A stretch of 63,957 nt of DNA, filler included, from Octopus bimaculoides (taxonomy: Eukaryota): the NCBI RefSeq assembly GCF_001194135.2. It is 5 parts of 4 records of this genome, joined end to end, with 100 filler letters (N's around TTAATTAATTAA, not from the genome) between each part and the next. Parts side by side here need not be neighbours in the genome. Positions count along the whole stretch, not along the records: positions 36,865 to 62,651 come from NC_068989.1; positions 62,752 to 63,957 come from NC_068985.1; 3 more parts are not named here. One strand, given 5' to 3'. Shown one piece after another: positions 61,760 through 63,957 of this stretch. The notes under the pieces were generated by a model, which saw only the letters and a program-made list of their open reading frames with translations, searched no databases and was not told the DNA's origin. Position 1 is the first letter of the stretch; each line of letters begins with the position of its first letter. The translations under genes were made by a program, and so were the position numbers.

Positions 61760-62400
61760 ATAGATAATAACTTTGTTCATCATACTAGAGCCATGTGTGA
61801 TAGTTCAGAATCTTATTGAAACGCATATGGCCATCCATTACATAAAGTGTCTATCCAGGGTTTAACAATTACTTCCAGGAGCTCAATGTAGATGGGAGAG
61901 TTAAATCTTAGGTCTTGTGGAAAGAAGTAAGGGGGCATTACATGTTCTTCATTGCTGACGATCCCTAAAACCATGACAATTACAGAAAGTTTTGTGTGCA
62001 TAACACTTGGAAATTCAAAAGGATCTGCACATGACAATCTGTCATTCCTTCTATTTTTGATCTTTGTCGAAGTTTTTCTCGTTTGCGAAAAACCAAATCA
62101 AATCTCCTGCTGGATTTTTCAGTTTGTTTAAGAGCCTTTTATATCTGAAGTAGTGATTTTCTTTTTCTTTTTTCTTTCTTTTTTTTTTGACAAATCGACG
62201 TTTCCTCATCATATAGAACTTATATCTGATGACTTCGTGGACAACATTTTTGACTGTTCCGCCTAACACATGGAAATCTTTTGCAATTGACCTCATGGAT
62301 TTTCTGGGATTGTAATCTGTTGAACTTGCTGGATAAATTCAGGTGTTCTAATGATTTCAGAGCGTTTAGAATGCTTTTTAAAATTAAAAGAAAAGTTTTT
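61760..62400 (-). mobile_element. maT (DD37D)-like mariner transposase remnant
   Basis: WFFANEKNFDKDQK, VMHTKL..VMVLGIVSNEEHVMPPYFF, VIVKPWID..GWPYAFQ*DS. The third catalytic residue is not retained, so spacing cannot be counted. Confidence 0.7.
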
Positions 62401-62751
62401 TTTAAAAGAACTCACAAGAGTTAACAAGAGAGACAGAGACAGGCAGAAACAAGGAAAATGCCCCTTGTATTTGAATACTATGCAAATGTTCTTTTAGAAA
62501 ACTTTTCTTTTAATTTTTCCAAAATTTAATTGTTTTCCATACTTACAACTGAAAAAATCTCAATGACTGAAACCAGTACTGAAATGTTTTTTATAAAATT
62601 ATTTTAGCATTTTCTATCTTGACTTTTTTTTCCATATATATCAACTCGTGTNNNNNNNNNNNNNNNNNNNNNNNNNNNNNNNNNNNNNNNNNNNNTTAAT
62701 TAATTAANNNNNNNNNNNNNNNNNNNNNNNNNNNNNNNNNNNNNNNNNNNN

Positions 62752-62786
<35 letters not shown>

Positions 62787-63333
62787 CCAAAGTTTTCATC
62801 CAAAAATTAGGAAATGAAGTACCTATACATAACTATAAATGCGTGCATATATGCGAGTTTATGTGAATGTGTACATACGTCTATATGTGTGTGCGTGTGT
62901 GCGTGCGTGTGTACTTTTATGTGTCTAAATATGTATGCGTATGTGAGTGTGTTTATGAGTACTTGTATGCGTCTATATAGGCGTAGGTGTAAATTGGTGT
63001 ATGTTCTGATATTAATACGGGCCATAGGGCAATTAAGCAGCCATCAATTTTAAAGGCTGGAATCACACCCACACTAAATTCTTGACCACGCCGTCGCGCT
63101 TGACTGCCATAACAAAGATCTCCACAGGCATTAGAGCCTTTCGATCTAATGCTATTAACACCTCCTTGTCATTTACATTATATTTTTGTGTTTTTTTTTT
63201 ATCAGCCATTTCCTGTATACTAACCACAAGTGTCTTTGCTTCCCTAATGTGTGTGAACTACTAGCAACACACAATAATACCACCATCTAGCTTGGAACGA
63301 AATGTAAATCTTATAACTTTTGAAGCCTATTTC

Positions 63334-63439
63334 GTCACCTGATGAGGCTCCTTCGTACTGCGCGATGCATCTGATATCATTATATCGTTCCCCACCCATA
63401 AGGGAGAAATGCAGAAAGTAGCCGAAACGATTGTTGTGC
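63334..63439 (+). ncRNA. Type I hammerhead motif with a 70-nt insertion in stem-loop II
   Basis: gucac CUGAUGA ggcu-[70 nt]-agcc GAAAC gauu GUU gug. The core is intact and stem I is short (cac/gug). Confidence 0.55.
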
Positions 63440-63487
63440 TAAATAAAGCATCTAGTTACACACTGTCTTCCGTATCAATCATTTGGA

Positions 63488-63534
<47 letters not shown>

Positions 63535-63548
63535 CATACATACATACA

Positions 63549-63580
<32 letters not shown>

Positions 63581-63957
63581 GACCGTGCTGTGACTTGATA
63601 ACCCAAAATTGAAAATAAAAGACACATGGTAAGGCATAAATTAGTTGGAGATGTAATGACGTAATGGTTCAAACTCTTAAACGCAGACAGTTTTCACTAC
63701 AAAATTGACAAATAAGAACTTTCGCTATATTAAGGAAGTGGTCCAGACTGGAGACATGGAACAGCTGTTTTAGTGAAGTTTCCTCCAGTAAACTCTCGAT
63801 TAACCAGTAAAACTTGTTTACGTTAATTCTATTTCATTAGACTATCATTCAGTAAACATACATTTTCTGGTAACCAGTTCAGATACAACATTGCCAACTT
63901 TCAACGTATTTTCAATGAATTCTATACATTCATCTAATATATATATATATATATATA

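Overview
This is repeat-dense eukaryotic genomic DNA with many N-gaps. The SINE families, microsatellite load and AT-richness suggest an octopus/coleoid cephalopod draft scaffold (my inference, not database-verified). No complete protein-coding gene is present, and almost all long ORFs in the track are microsatellite or N-gap artefacts. Supported content: (i) decayed RLE-type LINEs (several R4/Dong-like pieces, two HERO-like 3' ends), one internally deleted Tx1/L1-clade LINE and RTE scraps; (ii) three Tc1/mariner relics (DD34E, an apparently full-length DD36E Incomer-type copy, and a maT-like piece); (iii) many tRNA-derived SINE copies; (iv) about nine hammerhead-ribozyme (HHR) motifs of the minimal Penelope-associated type. 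The HHRs include a ~300-460 bp inverted-repeat element with one HHR per arm (2 copies), a 3-copy family sharing a non-canonical CUG-U-Y-GA core, and an HHR with a 70-nt insert in stem II. (v) There are also scattered exon candidates on the + strand: decayed fibronectin-type-III-like remnants at 16.8-26.6 kb, a 32-nt micro-exon, an intact acidic terminal exon with an ITIM-like SSYASI motif (40692-40922), and a signal-peptide-type first exon (60431-60509). Together these suggest one or two cell-surface receptor genes. The HHR-bearing elements and the receptor-like remnants are the most interesting leads. All protein and ribozyme assignments come from manual motif reading and need computational or experimental confirmation.
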